Source: Candidatus Levyibacteriota bacterium (GTDB lineage Bacteria > Patescibacteriota > Microgenomatia > Levybacterales > UBA12049). Taken from it: 64,000 bases of DNA. The first letter of the stretch is position 1; the number at the start of each line of letters is the position of its first letter. Under the pieces are notes generated by a model that ran no database searches, was not told the origin of the DNA, and worked only from the letters and a program-made list of their open reading frames with translations. The position numbers were made by a program, and so were the translations under genes. Where the stretch lies: the NCBI GenBank assembly GCA_003173895.1, contig PJMG01000022.1, positions 3,454-67,453 on the forward strand, read 5' to 3'. This document shows, in pieces, positions 48,487 through 58,086 of the stretch.

Positions 48487-49548
48487 TTATATTACTGTTG
48501 ATCCTTTATAGACTTTTGGAGTTAACCAGTCAGGAGGAGCCTCTGGAAGAGAATTATCATTATTCATTTGATTTATATTTTGAGGTTGTGGTTGTACTGG
48601 TACAGGATTTGGATTTACAGGTGCAGAATTTATATTTTGATTATTATTAACAGGAACTACATTAGGATTAAAAGTTGGATTTACTGGTCTTGGTTGAACA
48701 GGTGAAGTAACCACTGGTTGTGGTCTATTTATTTTAGTTGGATTTGGGAAAAAATTGTTATCAAGTGGCATATTAGTTCCTACCCCACGACTTGAATTTA
48801 CTACTGATAAAGCTTTACCTCTTGTAGCGCCTTTTTTCATTAAAATTCCTGCTACTTCAAAAGCTAAATAACTAGTATTTGCACCAGTAAAGTTGTTAGT
48901 AGCTGAAATTATTCCATCTAAAAGATTTTGTGAAGTATCAGCATCTAATTCTATTTGTGGTTCTAAGAGAGTTACAAAATCAGATATTTGTTCACTCACA
49001 GATGACCATCTAGTATCGACTACTACCATATCACCATATTTTTCATTATTAGTAGTATTATCTATATTTATAACTGCAACTTGTTTATCAGGACTTGGAG
49101 TATAAATATTGGATATTAAAGATAAGCTTGGAACTCCTACACAAATTATTAATTCTGGAAGGCTACCTGATCTGACAAATGCTACGTCTTTTTGATTAAA
49201 AGAAATTCCCTTTTCTCCTGCTTTAACGACAATATTTAATTTCCCATTTTCTAAATTATATGAAACTTTATCGATTTCACCTTCGTTATAAGGGAAGGAT
49301 ACTGTTAGATCTCCCCCTGTATTACCAAAAGATTTAGAAACATTATCGATTCCAACTAATGAAGATAAAGAAACATTCACATCTGTAGGAGAAACTATAC
49401 TAGCATTTTTACCCATTTGCTTAAGAACTAGAAATAAACCTAAACCTGCGGCCATTTGATCTAAACTAGGATTAGGAGCTACGATTACGCCTATGCTTTG
49501 GTATCGGGAGATAAAATCTTTTAATTTTTGAAAAGCAGTATTATCCAT
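48487..49548 (-). CDS. DHH-family (NrnA-like) phosphoesterase homolog with degenerate catalytic motifs and a Pro/Asn/Val-rich C-terminal tail. Likely non-catalytic.
   Basis: DHH/DHHA1 architecture. Motif I is replaced (VAPNPSLDQMAAGLGL instead of H-x-x-PDGDAxGS). The DHH motif reads IDNTTN. The ~110-aa tail is PQPVVTSPVQPRPVNPTFNPNVVPVNNN... Confidence 0.55.
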   Translation of the reverse strand: MDNTAFQKLKDFISRYQSIGVIVAPNPSLDQMAAGLGLFLVLKQMGKNASIVSPTDVNVSLSSLVGIDNVSKSFGNTGGDLTVSFPYNEGEIDKVSYNLENGKLNIVVKAGEKGISFNQKDVAFVRSGSLPELIICVGVPSLSLISNIYTPSPDKQVAVINIDNTTNNEKYGDMVVVDTRWSSVSEQISDFVTLLEPQIELDADTSQNLLDGIISATNNFTGANTSYLAFEVAGILMKKGATRGKALSVVNSSRGVGTNMPLDNNFFPNPTKINRPQPVVTSPVQPRPVNPTFNPNVVPVNNNQNINSAPVNPNPVPVQPQPQNINQMNNDNSLPEAPPDWLTPKVYKGSTVI

Positions 49549-49549
49549 A

Positions 49550-50983
49550 CTAACTATAGGATAGTATCACATCACCAGGCAGAAAGTCAAGCTGAGGAGA
49601 CAATATAATACCCGCTTCTTTATTTTTTTCTACTTTTGTGGCTGCTTCCTTACCTAATCTAAGAGAAACAATATTAGTCTCGCCTAATACTTCCTCTCCT
49701 CTTATAAGCCTAATCTTATCACCTTTTGCGATTCTCCCATCTTCTACTAGAATTCCACAAACTTTTTTCTTATCAAAGCTAAATTCAGCTTGAATTCTAG
49801 CTACTCCTAATATTTCCTCTTCCTCAGCCAATTTTTTACCTTCTAAAACAGCATTTAATTCATCTAGCATTTCATAAATAATAGAATAGTTTTTAACTAA
49901 AACTTTTTCTGTCTTGGCTAACTTTAAAATATCAGGCCTAATTTTAAGATTAAATGAAATGATAATAGACTTAGTAGATTTAGCAAAGCTGATGTCGTTC
50001 TCTGCAATCTCACCGGTTTTAGAAAAAATTACTTCTATTTCTTTAGGTAAAGCAGCTAAAATAGCTTCTAGAGAACCTTTAGTATCTGCAGCTAAAATAA
50101 CTGACAGCATTTTTTCTCCTGTCTCTAACGTTTTTTCTGTAGTTTGAACTACTTCTTGAGCTTCTGTTTCTGAAACAGCTACCGTGGACCCTACATCTGG
50201 AACTTTTTCAAAACCTAATACTTCAGCTGCTTGACCTGCATAGATTTCATTAATCTGTTCACCATCAGGATTAATGAGTGCTTTAATTTTACCTTTAGTG
50301 CCACCTGCCCAAATTTCATTTTTTAAAGAAACTTTTCCTAATTTTACTATCATTGTGGCTCGAGTACCCATTTTAGGATCTAATTTACTTTCAATGATTA
50401 TCCCTTTAAAGGATTTATCTAAGTTTTCCTGAATACTTGGGTAATTTAAATCAAAAACTAAAAGAATTAGATTTAAAAGTTTATCAATATTTTGGCCTGT
50501 TTTAGCAGAAACTTCAACAGAAGGAACGTCTCCCCCAAATTCTTCTAATGTTACCTCTTCTGCCATTAATTTCTGTTTTATTTGAGGTAAGATATTATTT
50601 GGTAAGTCTGCTTTAGTAAAAACTACTATAAAAGGAATTTTAGAAGCTTTTAAAAGTTTAATAGATTCTACAGTTTGAGGCATTATTCCATCTACACTGG
50701 AAACTATAAGTAAACCCACATCTGCTACAGTAGATCCGCGACCGCGCATTTTAGAGAAAGCTGCATGACCTGGGGTATCTATAAATGTTATAGTTCTTTT
50801 TTTACCATCTACTGTTAACTCTATAGATGAAGCACCGATTTTCTGAGTAATTCCACCTAATTCACGAGCGGCTACACTAGTTTTTCTAATAGCATCAAGT
50901 AAAGTAGTTTTACCATGATCTACATGTCCTAAAACTGATACAACTGGTGAAATTTGAATATTATCCATAAAAGACAATGTCAT
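49550..50983 (-). CDS. infB: Translation initiation factor IF-2 (short form lacking the N-terminal domains)
   Basis: [25 protein letters not shown]-motifs. Beta-barrel and C-terminal domains present. Only 477 aa. Follows nusA. Confidence 0.9.
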   Translation of the reverse strand: MTLSFMDNIQISPVVSVLGHVDHGKTTLLDAIRKTSVAARELGGITQKIGASSIELTVDGKKRTITFIDTPGHAAFSKMRGRGSTVADVGLLIVSSVDGIMPQTVESIKLLKASKIPFIVVFTKADLPNNILPQIKQKLMAEEVTLEEFGGDVPSVEVSAKTGQNIDKLLNLILLVFDLNYPSIQENLDKSFKGIIIESKLDPKMGTRATMIVKLGKVSLKNEIWAGGTKGKIKALINPDGEQINEIYAGQAAEVLGFEKVPDVGSTVAVSETEAQEVVQTTEKTLETGEKMLSVILAADTKGSLEAILAALPKEIEVIFSKTGEIAENDISFAKSTKSIIISFNLKIRPDILKLAKTEKVLVKNYSIIYEMLDELNAVLEGKKLAEEEEILGVARIQAEFSFDKKKVCGILVEDGRIAKGDKIRLIRGEEVLGETNIVSLRLGKEAATKVEKNKEAGIILSPQLDFLPGDVILSYS

Positions 50984-51049
50984 GCTGAATTTAGTTCAAC
51001 ATCTTCTCAAAATTTCAAGAGGATCCTGAAATAACTTCAGGATGACAAG

Positions 51050-52129
51050 TTATTTTTCTTCTGACTTTTCAACTGGAGTTTCTTCTTTAGTGTCTACAGG
51101 TAATTCCGATTCTTCCTTTTTTTCTTTATCTGCTTCTGCTGCCTCTTCTTTTGTATTTTCCTCAACAGGTTCTTCTGTCGATTCTTTTTCTAAAATATTT
51201 ATTCTATATCCTGTTAACTCTGAAGCTAATTTTACATTTTGGCCATCTTTTCCTATAGCAGATGATAACTCTGATTTATCTGCTAAAACTTCTGCTTCTT
51301 TTTTATCTTCTTCAATAGTTACTTGTAGATTTTTAGCTGGACCTAGAGCTAATTTTATATACTCAACTGGATTTTCTTCGTAGGGAATGATGTCAATTTT
51401 TTCCAATCCACCAAACTCCTGGATTACGGCTTGAATTCTAACTCCCTTTTGTCCTACACAACTTCCTACTGGATCAACTCCAGTAGTTTTAGCTGCTACT
51501 GCGATTTTACTTCTCACGCCCGCTTCACGTACTATAGATTTAACTATCACTGTACCTGCATTAACTTCTGGAACTTCACGCTTTAAAAGTCCTTCTAATA
51601 AACCAGTATGAGATCTAGAAACTACTACTTCACTACCTCGAGCTCCTTCTCTAATCTCAACGATATAAATGGCTAACCTTTGATTCATGTGGTAATGTTC
51701 ATTAGGAATTTGCTGATCTTTTGGCATGATAGCCTCAGCTTTTCCAATATCTACTATGATATTGGGCCCTGCAAATCGGAGAATCATACCATTAACTACA
51801 GTTCCAATTTTTAACTTAAAATCACTAATTATGGCTGCTTTTTCTTCTTCTCTAACTTTTTGGAGTATAACTTGTTTAGCAGTTTGAGCTGCTATTCTAC
51901 CAAAACCTGGAGGAGTAACATCTTTCTCTCCATGTAAAACTCTAGCTTCACCTGTAGAAGGATTAATGGTAACACTGTATTCTTCAGGAACTATTTCAGG
52001 ATTTTCTTTTCTGTAAGCAGCTAGAATAGCATTTTTTACACTATCTAAAACTACTTCTACTGAGACACCACGTTCTGTGGCTACTTGATTTAAAGCTAAG
52101 TAAAATTCACTTCTTTGTACTGCTGGCAT
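51050..52129 (-). CDS. nusA: Transcription termination/antitermination factor NusA
   Basis: NusA N-terminal domain, S1 and two KH domains. Acidic Glu/Lys-rich C-terminus. Confidence 0.92.
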   Translation of the reverse strand: MPAVQRSEFYLALNQVATERGVSVEVVLDSVKNAILAAYRKENPEIVPEEYSVTINPSTGEARVLHGEKDVTPPGFGRIAAQTAKQVILQKVREEEKAAIISDFKLKIGTVVNGMILRFAGPNIIVDIGKAEAIMPKDQQIPNEHYHMNQRLAIYIVEIREGARGSEVVVSRSHTGLLEGLLKREVPEVNAGTVIVKSIVREAGVRSKIAVAAKTTGVDPVGSCVGQKGVRIQAVIQEFGGLEKIDIIPYEENPVEYIKLALGPAKNLQVTIEEDKKEAEVLADKSELSSAIGKDGQNVKLASELTGYRINILEKESTEEPVEENTKEEAAEADKEKKEESELPVDTKEETPVEKSEEK

Positions 52130-52198
52130 ATATAGTAGTATAGCAAAGATGCCTAGCTTTAATCAATCTATCTAATTTTAATGCACATAAAGTATGAA

Positions 52199-53296
52199 TT
52201 ACTTTTTAGCTTCTTTAAATGTTTTTATTATTTGATCTGCGCCTCTTTTCCATGTCCAATTTTTTTTCATATCTAAGATTGCATTTTGGCTAATTTTATT
52301 TTGTAAATTTTTATTAGACAAAATCTTTTCAAATATCTTCGACACTACAATTGGATCTTTTGGAACTAGAAATCCTGTTTTGTTATTTTTTATTGAATCT
52401 TTATATCCTCCTTCATCTAAAGCTATTACAATGGCACCGCAGCTCAAAGCTTCAAGTGGGATTAAACCAAAAGGTTCGTTAAAGCCAAAACAGATCACTA
52501 TTCGAGATTTAGAATAGTAATCTCGTAATTGTTTATCATTTGATACCCAATTTTCTCCTCGCATTAAATAAAATATTTTTACTTTCTTTTTAAGATTTTT
52601 AATACTTTCTTCAAAAAGTTCATAACCTTCAAATATATCCTTAGTACCAATAAATAAAATATCTATTTCTTTTTTTAAAGTTGGGTAAAAATTTGAAGTA
52701 TCAACTCCCATATGACAAACTGTACTATTCAATTTATAAGCATTATAAATATTATTTTTTGTAAAAGTAGAGTTGGTTAAAATTATATCTGCATTTTTTA
52801 TATTAAAAATGTCAATTATTTTTTTAATATTTCGGGTTAGCTTTTCATATGTTTTTCTTATGGGATCCAAATTTTTTGGTGCGGAAAATATTGTCTCATA
52901 AATCATTCTTAACGGCTCCTGACAATAATAAATTTTAGTTATTGATAAACAACTTAAAATAAAAGGTGCTTGGGTAAATTTAGATCCATGAATAAACGCA
53001 AAATCATAACTATTTTTCTCTATATCTTTAGCAATTTTTTTATGTAGCCGATAGAGCTTATAAATTTCTATGAAATCTTTATATAATTTTACTTTAAAAT
53101 TACCTCCATTCCAGACTTTTGGAATAAATTTATAAAAAAAGACATGACTATAATATTTCTTTTCTTGAAAAGTATCTTTTTCATCAATAAAAAAAAGATC
53201 CACAGTGTGACCTTGAAGTTTTATGGCACGAGCAAATTCATTTGCTCCGCGCCTGGCACCACCAGGATCTAATTCATAAAATACTGCAATTCTCAT
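52199..53296 (-). CDS. Glycosyltransferase family 4 (GT-B)
   Basis: C-terminal EPFGLIPLEALSCGAIVIA motif (E-x7-E type). N-terminal MRIAVFYELDPGGARRG. Confidence 0.75.
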   Translation of the reverse strand: MRIAVFYELDPGGARRGANEFARAIKLQGHTVDLFFIDEKDTFQEKKYYSHVFFYKFIPKVWNGGNFKVKLYKDFIEIYKLYRLHKKIAKDIEKNSYDFAFIHGSKFTQAPFILSCLSITKIYYCQEPLRMIYETIFSAPKNLDPIRKTYEKLTRNIKKIIDIFNIKNADIILTNSTFTKNNIYNAYKLNSTVCHMGVDTSNFYPTLKKEIDILFIGTKDIFEGYELFEESIKNLKKKVKIFYLMRGENWVSNDKQLRDYYSKSRIVICFGFNEPFGLIPLEALSCGAIVIALDEGGYKDSIKNNKTGFLVPKDPIVVSKIFEKILSNKNLQNKISQNAILDMKKNWTWKRGADQIIKTFKEAKK

Positions 53297-54327
53297 TTAA
53301 TAAATAGTTCTTTATTAGCAATAATCCATTTATAAAGATTATTAATACCTTCAACATATGAGACTTGAGGTTCCCAACCAAAATCTTTTTTACTTTTTCT
53401 TACATCTGCTATGAATATTTTCTGATCTCCTATACGCTCTGGTAAAAATTTAGCATTAATTTTTTTACTAAATAAATTTTCGAGAATGGGTTTAAATTCA
53501 TACCAAATTGAAATTTTATTTTTATAACTTCCTCCTATGTTATAAACATTGCCTTTAGTAATATTGATATTATCTGTAGCAAGTTCATAAGCTTTTAGTA
53601 GATCATCAATATAAAGAATATCTCTTACCTGTTTACCATTCCCATAAATTTTAATTTTTTCTTTTTTTAAGAGAGCTATTATAAACCATGCTACCCAACC
53701 TTGATCTTCAATCCCAAATTGATGAGGGCCATAGATACAAGATTGCCTAAAAACAATTGTATTTAACTTATAAACTCTACTATAATCATGAATATACTGA
53801 TCAGCTGCTCCTTTACTACATCCATATGGAGAATGAAAATCTAAATCTTGTTTTTCAGATATACCGTAAGGAAAATCTTTAAACTCATATCTATTTTTTT
53901 TCTCAACTATATTAGTATTTTCTAAATTTCCATAGACTTTATTGGTTGAGCTATAAATTAAAATAGGATTATTACCTGATTTTCTTATTGCTTCAAGCAA
54001 ATTAATTGTTCCTACTACATTTATTTCAAAATCTTCTCTTGGATTTATAACTGAAGTTGTAACTGCGACTTGTCCAGCTAAATGTAAAATTAACTGTGAA
54101 TTTTTTACTGTTTTATTTAGAATCCCACTATTTTCTCGTATATCAGTTTCAATAATTTTCAATTTGTCTTTAATTTTTTCTTTTAACTTAGAAACATTTA
54201 TTTTTGATCCATAGCGAGAGAAGTTATCCAGAATTGTTACTTTTGCTCCTTTATTAATAAAATATTCTGCTGCGTTTATGCCGATAAATCCTGCTCCACC
54301 AGTAATTAAAACTTGATTATATTTCAT
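53293..54327 (-). CDS. NAD-dependent epimerase/dehydratase (extended SDR) family, nucleotide-sugar-modifying
   Basis: Rossmann ITGGAGFIG. Catalytic YGCSK (YxxxK). 344 aa. Its start overlaps the stop of the GT4 gene. Confidence 0.8.
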   Translation of the reverse strand: MKYNQVLITGGAGFIGINAAEYFINKGAKVTILDNFSRYGSKINVSKLKEKIKDKLKIIETDIRENSGILNKTVKNSQLILHLAGQVAVTTSVINPREDFEINVVGTINLLEAIRKSGNNPILIYSSTNKVYGNLENTNIVEKKNRYEFKDFPYGISEKQDLDFHSPYGCSKGAADQYIHDYSRVYKLNTIVFRQSCIYGPHQFGIEDQGWVAWFIIALLKKEKIKIYGNGKQVRDILYIDDLLKAYELATDNINITKGNVYNIGGSYKNKISIWYEFKPILENLFSKKINAKFLPERIGDQKIFIADVRKSKKDFGWEPQVSYVEGINNLYKWIIANKELFIK

Positions 54328-54340
54328 AGGAAATTATAAA

Positions 54341-56728
54341 TTAATTTAGAATATGGAGATTATTATTGTCAACAGTTAAATTAATTTTAGATCCATGCTC
54401 AATTTTTCCTTCTAGCATAGATTTAGCAATTATATCTTCTAATTCACCTTCTATTAAACGTCTGAGTGGCCTAGCACCAAACTCAGGATTGAAACCTTTT
54501 TTAGCTAAATAATCTATTACACTAGAGTTAAAATTTAAATCAATATCTTTTTGTTTTAGGTTTTGTTTAAAATCATTTAACATAATTTCTGCTATTTTGT
54601 AAATATCACTTAGAGTAAGTGGTGAGAAAATAATAATGTCATCAAATCTATTTAATAATTCGATTTTAAAAATCCCATCTTGTTCAATTTTTTCAATTAG
54701 AGATTTTTTAAATCTATCATCAATGGGGATATCTTTTTTAAGCTCCTGATTAATAAAAATAGCTCCTGCATTAGAAGTAGCAATAATTATAGTATTCACA
54801 AAAGAAACAGTTCTTCCTTTATTGTCAGTAAGTCTTCCATCTTCTAAAATTTGTAGAAACAAATCTAAAACTTGTGGATTAGCTTTTTCAAATTCATCTA
54901 AAAGTATTAAAGAAAATGGATTATCTAAAACTTTTTCTGTTAATTCACCTTTTTCATTTCCTTGCCCGGGAGCAGAACCGAGTAATCTATTAATAGCATC
55001 ACTATTTTTATATTCACTCATATCCAACCTAATCATATTTCTTTGATTTTTAAAATATATGTCGCCTAAAACTTTTGCTGTTTCTGTTTTACCTACACCT
55101 GTAGGTCCTAAAAACAGAAATGAAATGGGTCTGTTATTATTCACCATTCCTACTCGTAAGCGTCTTAAAGCTTGAGATATGGCATTAATAGCTTTCTGTT
55201 GTCCTATTATTCGAGCACCTAAATAATCTTCCAAATGTAGTAGTAAATTTCTTTCCGTCTCACGAGGTGTAGAAATAGAAATATGTGTTTGTGTTTCGAG
55301 TTTAGATTCAATATCATCTTCGTCAATTATTTTTTTATTAGATAACCGGGCTGTAGATGCTACTGATTCTAGTAAGGAAATAGCACTCCCTGGTAAAACT
55401 TTATCCGGGAAAAAACGTTTAGATAAACTTACACTACTAACTATAGCTTTAAAAGTAAAAATCACATTATTTTTTATTTCAATTCTCTCTGTTTTTTCCA
55501 GAACCATTTGAATTACTTCATTTATTTTGGGCTCTTCGAGTTTTACGATTTCAAAAAAATTCAAGAAATTTGACTTATTTTGAATATATGTCTTAAATGC
55601 AGTATTAGTAGCTGTAGCAATTATAGGTAAATGAGAGTTTTTAAGATAAGGAACTAGAGAGTCTGATAAGTCTGTGTGATAAGTAGAAGAACCCAATAAA
55701 TTTTCTAAATCAGGTATATAAATAATTATATTTCCAGAATGTGCTATTTCTTCAAGAACTATTTCTAAACGTTCTTCTAAGTCTGCTATATCACGAGTTC
55801 CTGCTAGTAAAGGTCCTATCATGAGTTGATAAACTCTTTTATGATTTAGAAATGATGTTAAATTACCAAGAAAGCTATTATATGCAAATGCTTCAACTAA
55901 AGTAGTTTTTCCACTACCAATTTCGCCTATTAAAAGTGCATTATTTCTATTTGATTTAGAGAGTATATCTATTACTTCTCTAAATTCATTTCTTCTACCA
56001 ACCACTACAGGCTTTTCAAAAAGGACTTTAGCTGTTAAATCTAAAATAAAATTACTAGTAAAAGGAGTCCAACCAAAAGTAACATTATCAAAAATTCCTT
56101 CACCTAAGAATTGTATCCTGTTATTTTTGGGCTTTTCTTCTTCGGGAAAGTTAAATCTAGTCCAATATAAAATATTTAAAATATCACTTTCTTTTAAATG
56201 TTTTTTTATAAAAAGACTATTTTTATCATTTAACGAAATTAAATAAGCAGTTAATAAATCAGCAGTTGTTACATATTTACCAAAAACTTCCTTAGAAATA
56301 AGAAATGCTTTATTTAAAATTTCATTTTTAGTAATATTTATAATCTCTATTTCCGATTTTTTAATATTTGCACGCTCCAGTAGAAATTCACACGATGGAA
56401 TATTACACAACTCTCTTATTAAATCGTTAATAGATGAATCAAAATGATAATAAGAAAGAGCATTTAAAGTTAAGAAATCTAATTCATTATCATTTACATT
56501 TTTTTGAGAAATTTGTTTAGGAGGTAGAATCCTGGTTATAAAAAATTTATAATAAGCCTCTGTCATTAAAAATATTGATATAAAAAATAGAGGTAATTTA
56601 TAGTTGAGATTAACCAATAAAGCCAAAATTAAAAAAATCAAACAGACTATAAAAAATATTAATCTTAAAATTTTAATACTCTTTTTTCTATATGTTCTAT
56701 AAAAAAATGCAAATTTATAAAGTTTCAT
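54341..56728 (-). CDS. Clp/Hsp100-family ATPase with two AAA+ modules and an N-terminal membrane anchor
   Basis: N-terminus has two hydrophobic helices (LRLIFFIVCLIFLILALLV, LFFISIFLMTEAYYKFFI). D1 Walker A is the atypical GEIGSGKTT. D2 Walker A is canonical (GPTGVGKTETAK). D2 Walker B is LLDEFEKA. A sensor-2 region is present. Confidence 0.7.
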   Translation of the reverse strand: MKLYKFAFFYRTYRKKSIKILRLIFFIVCLIFLILALLVNLNYKLPLFFISIFLMTEAYYKFFITRILPPKQISQKNVNDNELDFLTLNALSYYHFDSSINDLIRELCNIPSCEFLLERANIKKSEIEIINITKNEILNKAFLISKEVFGKYVTTADLLTAYLISLNDKNSLFIKKHLKESDILNILYWTRFNFPEEEKPKNNRIQFLGEGIFDNVTFGWTPFTSNFILDLTAKVLFEKPVVVGRRNEFREVIDILSKSNRNNALLIGEIGSGKTTLVEAFAYNSFLGNLTSFLNHKRVYQLMIGPLLAGTRDIADLEERLEIVLEEIAHSGNIIIYIPDLENLLGSSTYHTDLSDSLVPYLKNSHLPIIATATNTAFKTYIQNKSNFLNFFEIVKLEEPKINEVIQMVLEKTERIEIKNNVIFTFKAIVSSVSLSKRFFPDKVLPGSAISLLESVASTARLSNKKIIDEDDIESKLETQTHISISTPRETERNLLLHLEDYLGARIIGQQKAINAISQALRRLRVGMVNNNRPISFLFLGPTGVGKTETAKVLGDIYFKNQRNMIRLDMSEYKNSDAINRLLGSAPGQGNEKGELTEKVLDNPFSLILLDEFEKANPQVLDLFLQILEDGRLTDNKGRTVSFVNTIIIATSNAGAIFINQELKKDIPIDDRFKKSLIEKIEQDGIFKIELLNRFDDIIIFSPLTLSDIYKIAEIMLNDFKQNLKQKDIDLNFNSSVIDYLAKKGFNPEFGARPLRRLIEGELEDIIAKSMLEGKIEHGSKINLTVDNNNLHILN

Positions 56729-56729
56729 A

Positions 56730-57071
56730 TTATTTGAATAACCAATAGATCGTTAAAACCGGCCATATTAAAAATAAAATTATCATCATAATCTCCAAAA
56801 CAAATAAAATTATTAAAATTACTAAATCAAAAAAAATCAAAATACTTTTTATAAAAATTCCTATTACTATGGCAAAGGTAATTAGATCTTTTCTATATTC
56901 ATTCTTCCATGGCTTAAAAAAACTACTAATTAATATTTGAAGAGATAAAGCTCTAGACACAGAAGTATTTAAAGAAGCGAAATACGAAATTAAACTTACG
57001 GGTGCTTTAGTATACCAAAAATTAAAAAATGAAATAACAAAATATAAATAATCACTAAAAAAAAGCGTCAT
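56730..57071 (-). CDS. Hypothetical small membrane protein
   Basis: 113 aa, three hydrophobic helices. Sits between dnaJ and the Clp ATPase on the same strand. Confidence 0.45.
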   Translation of the reverse strand: MTLFFSDYLYFVISFFNFWYTKAPVSLISYFASLNTSVSRALSLQILISSFFKPWKNEYRKDLITFAIVIGIFIKSILIFFDLVILIILFVLEIMMIILFLIWPVLTIYWLFK

Positions 57072-57135
57072 TAAATAGAGTATAGGAAATTTCTACACAA
57101 TATACTACAATTTTTAAAATTAATTTAATATTAAA

Positions 57136-58026
57136 TTAGAACCAGCCTTTTTTTTCTTTTTCTTCAAATTCTTTTAACAAATCTTTCTGAGTGTTATTTA
57201 TGTTTTTAGGAATTATCACTTTTATTCTTATGTATTGATCACCTCTAGTATTTCCTCTTAAATGTGGAACACCTTTTTCGCGCAGGCGAATAAGAGTGTC
57301 AGGCTGGGTACCCGAGGGAATTTTTATTCTTACTTTTCCGTCAATTGTTTCTACTTCAATTTCAGCTCCTAAAATAGCTTGTACGAATGATATTTTTTCT
57401 TCACTAATTAAATCGTAATTCTCTCTTTGGAATTTATTACTAGGTGCTACCCTAACTACAAGATCAAAATCATCAAAGCGGATACGAGAACCATTATCTA
57501 CACCTGCTGGAATTTTTATAGTCTTCTCATGATTCCCAATTTTTACTTTTCGACTTACTCCATGAACTGCTTCATTAAAATCTAAACTCAGCGAATAAGT
57601 ATCTTTTCGCTGTCTTGCTGCGCCGCCGAAAACCGATCCACCAAAAAATTGCTCAAAAATTTCAAATGGATCTGAAAATCCACCAAAATCAAAATCTCCA
57701 TTTCCGCCCATATTAGTGTAGGTATAAGTAAATGGACCATTTTGCCCTCCAAATCCGCCAAATGGATTACCTCCTTGGAAAGGATTCCCACCACCTGCTG
57801 CGCCTTGCTCAAAAGCTGCAGCCCCAAATTGGTCATAAGTTGAGCGCTTACTTGGATCTGATAAAACTTCATAAGCTTGAGTTACTTCTTTAAATTTTTC
57901 ATCTGCACCTTTTTCTTTATTTCGATCTGGGTGATACTTTAAAGCTAATTTTCTATATGCAGTTTTTATTTCCTGATCTGAAGCATTTTTCGAAACTCCT
58001 AAAATATCATAATAATCTTTATTCAT
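57136..58026 (-). CDS. dnaJ: DnaJ-like co-chaperone (J domain plus G/F region, no zinc-finger domain; type II/CbpA-like)
   Basis: J domain with HPD ([13 protein letters not shown]). Gly/Phe-rich linker. C-terminal CTD I/II. No CxxCxGxG repeats. Confidence 0.85.
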   Translation of the reverse strand: MNKDYYDILGVSKNASDQEIKTAYRKLALKYHPDRNKEKGADEKFKEVTQAYEVLSDPSKRSTYDQFGAAAFEQGAAGGGNPFQGGNPFGGFGGQNGPFTYTYTNMGGNGDFDFGGFSDPFEIFEQFFGGSVFGGAARQRKDTYSLSLDFNEAVHGVSRKVKIGNHEKTIKIPAGVDNGSRIRFDDFDLVVRVAPSNKFQRENYDLISEEKISFVQAILGAEIEVETIDGKVRIKIPSGTQPDTLIRLREKGVPHLRGNTRGDQYIRIKVIIPKNINNTQKDLLKEFEEKEKKGWF

Positions 58027-58060
58027 AGTTTTATATTAAAAATGCGCTCAATTAAGCGCA
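58027..58060 (-). terminator. Hairpin plus U-tract between dnaK and dnaJ (possible intra-operon attenuator)
   Basis: Minus strand reads GTGCGCTTAATTGAGCGCA followed by TTTTTAATATAAAA. Confidence 0.4.
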
Positions 58061-58086
58061 CTTAGTAAACAATTTATTTTTTAATA

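Noticed and set aside
51042-51383. 113-aa plus-strand Ser-rich ORF
   Set aside because: It is antisense to the acidic C-terminal tail of nusA. It is a mirror-image low-complexity artefact.
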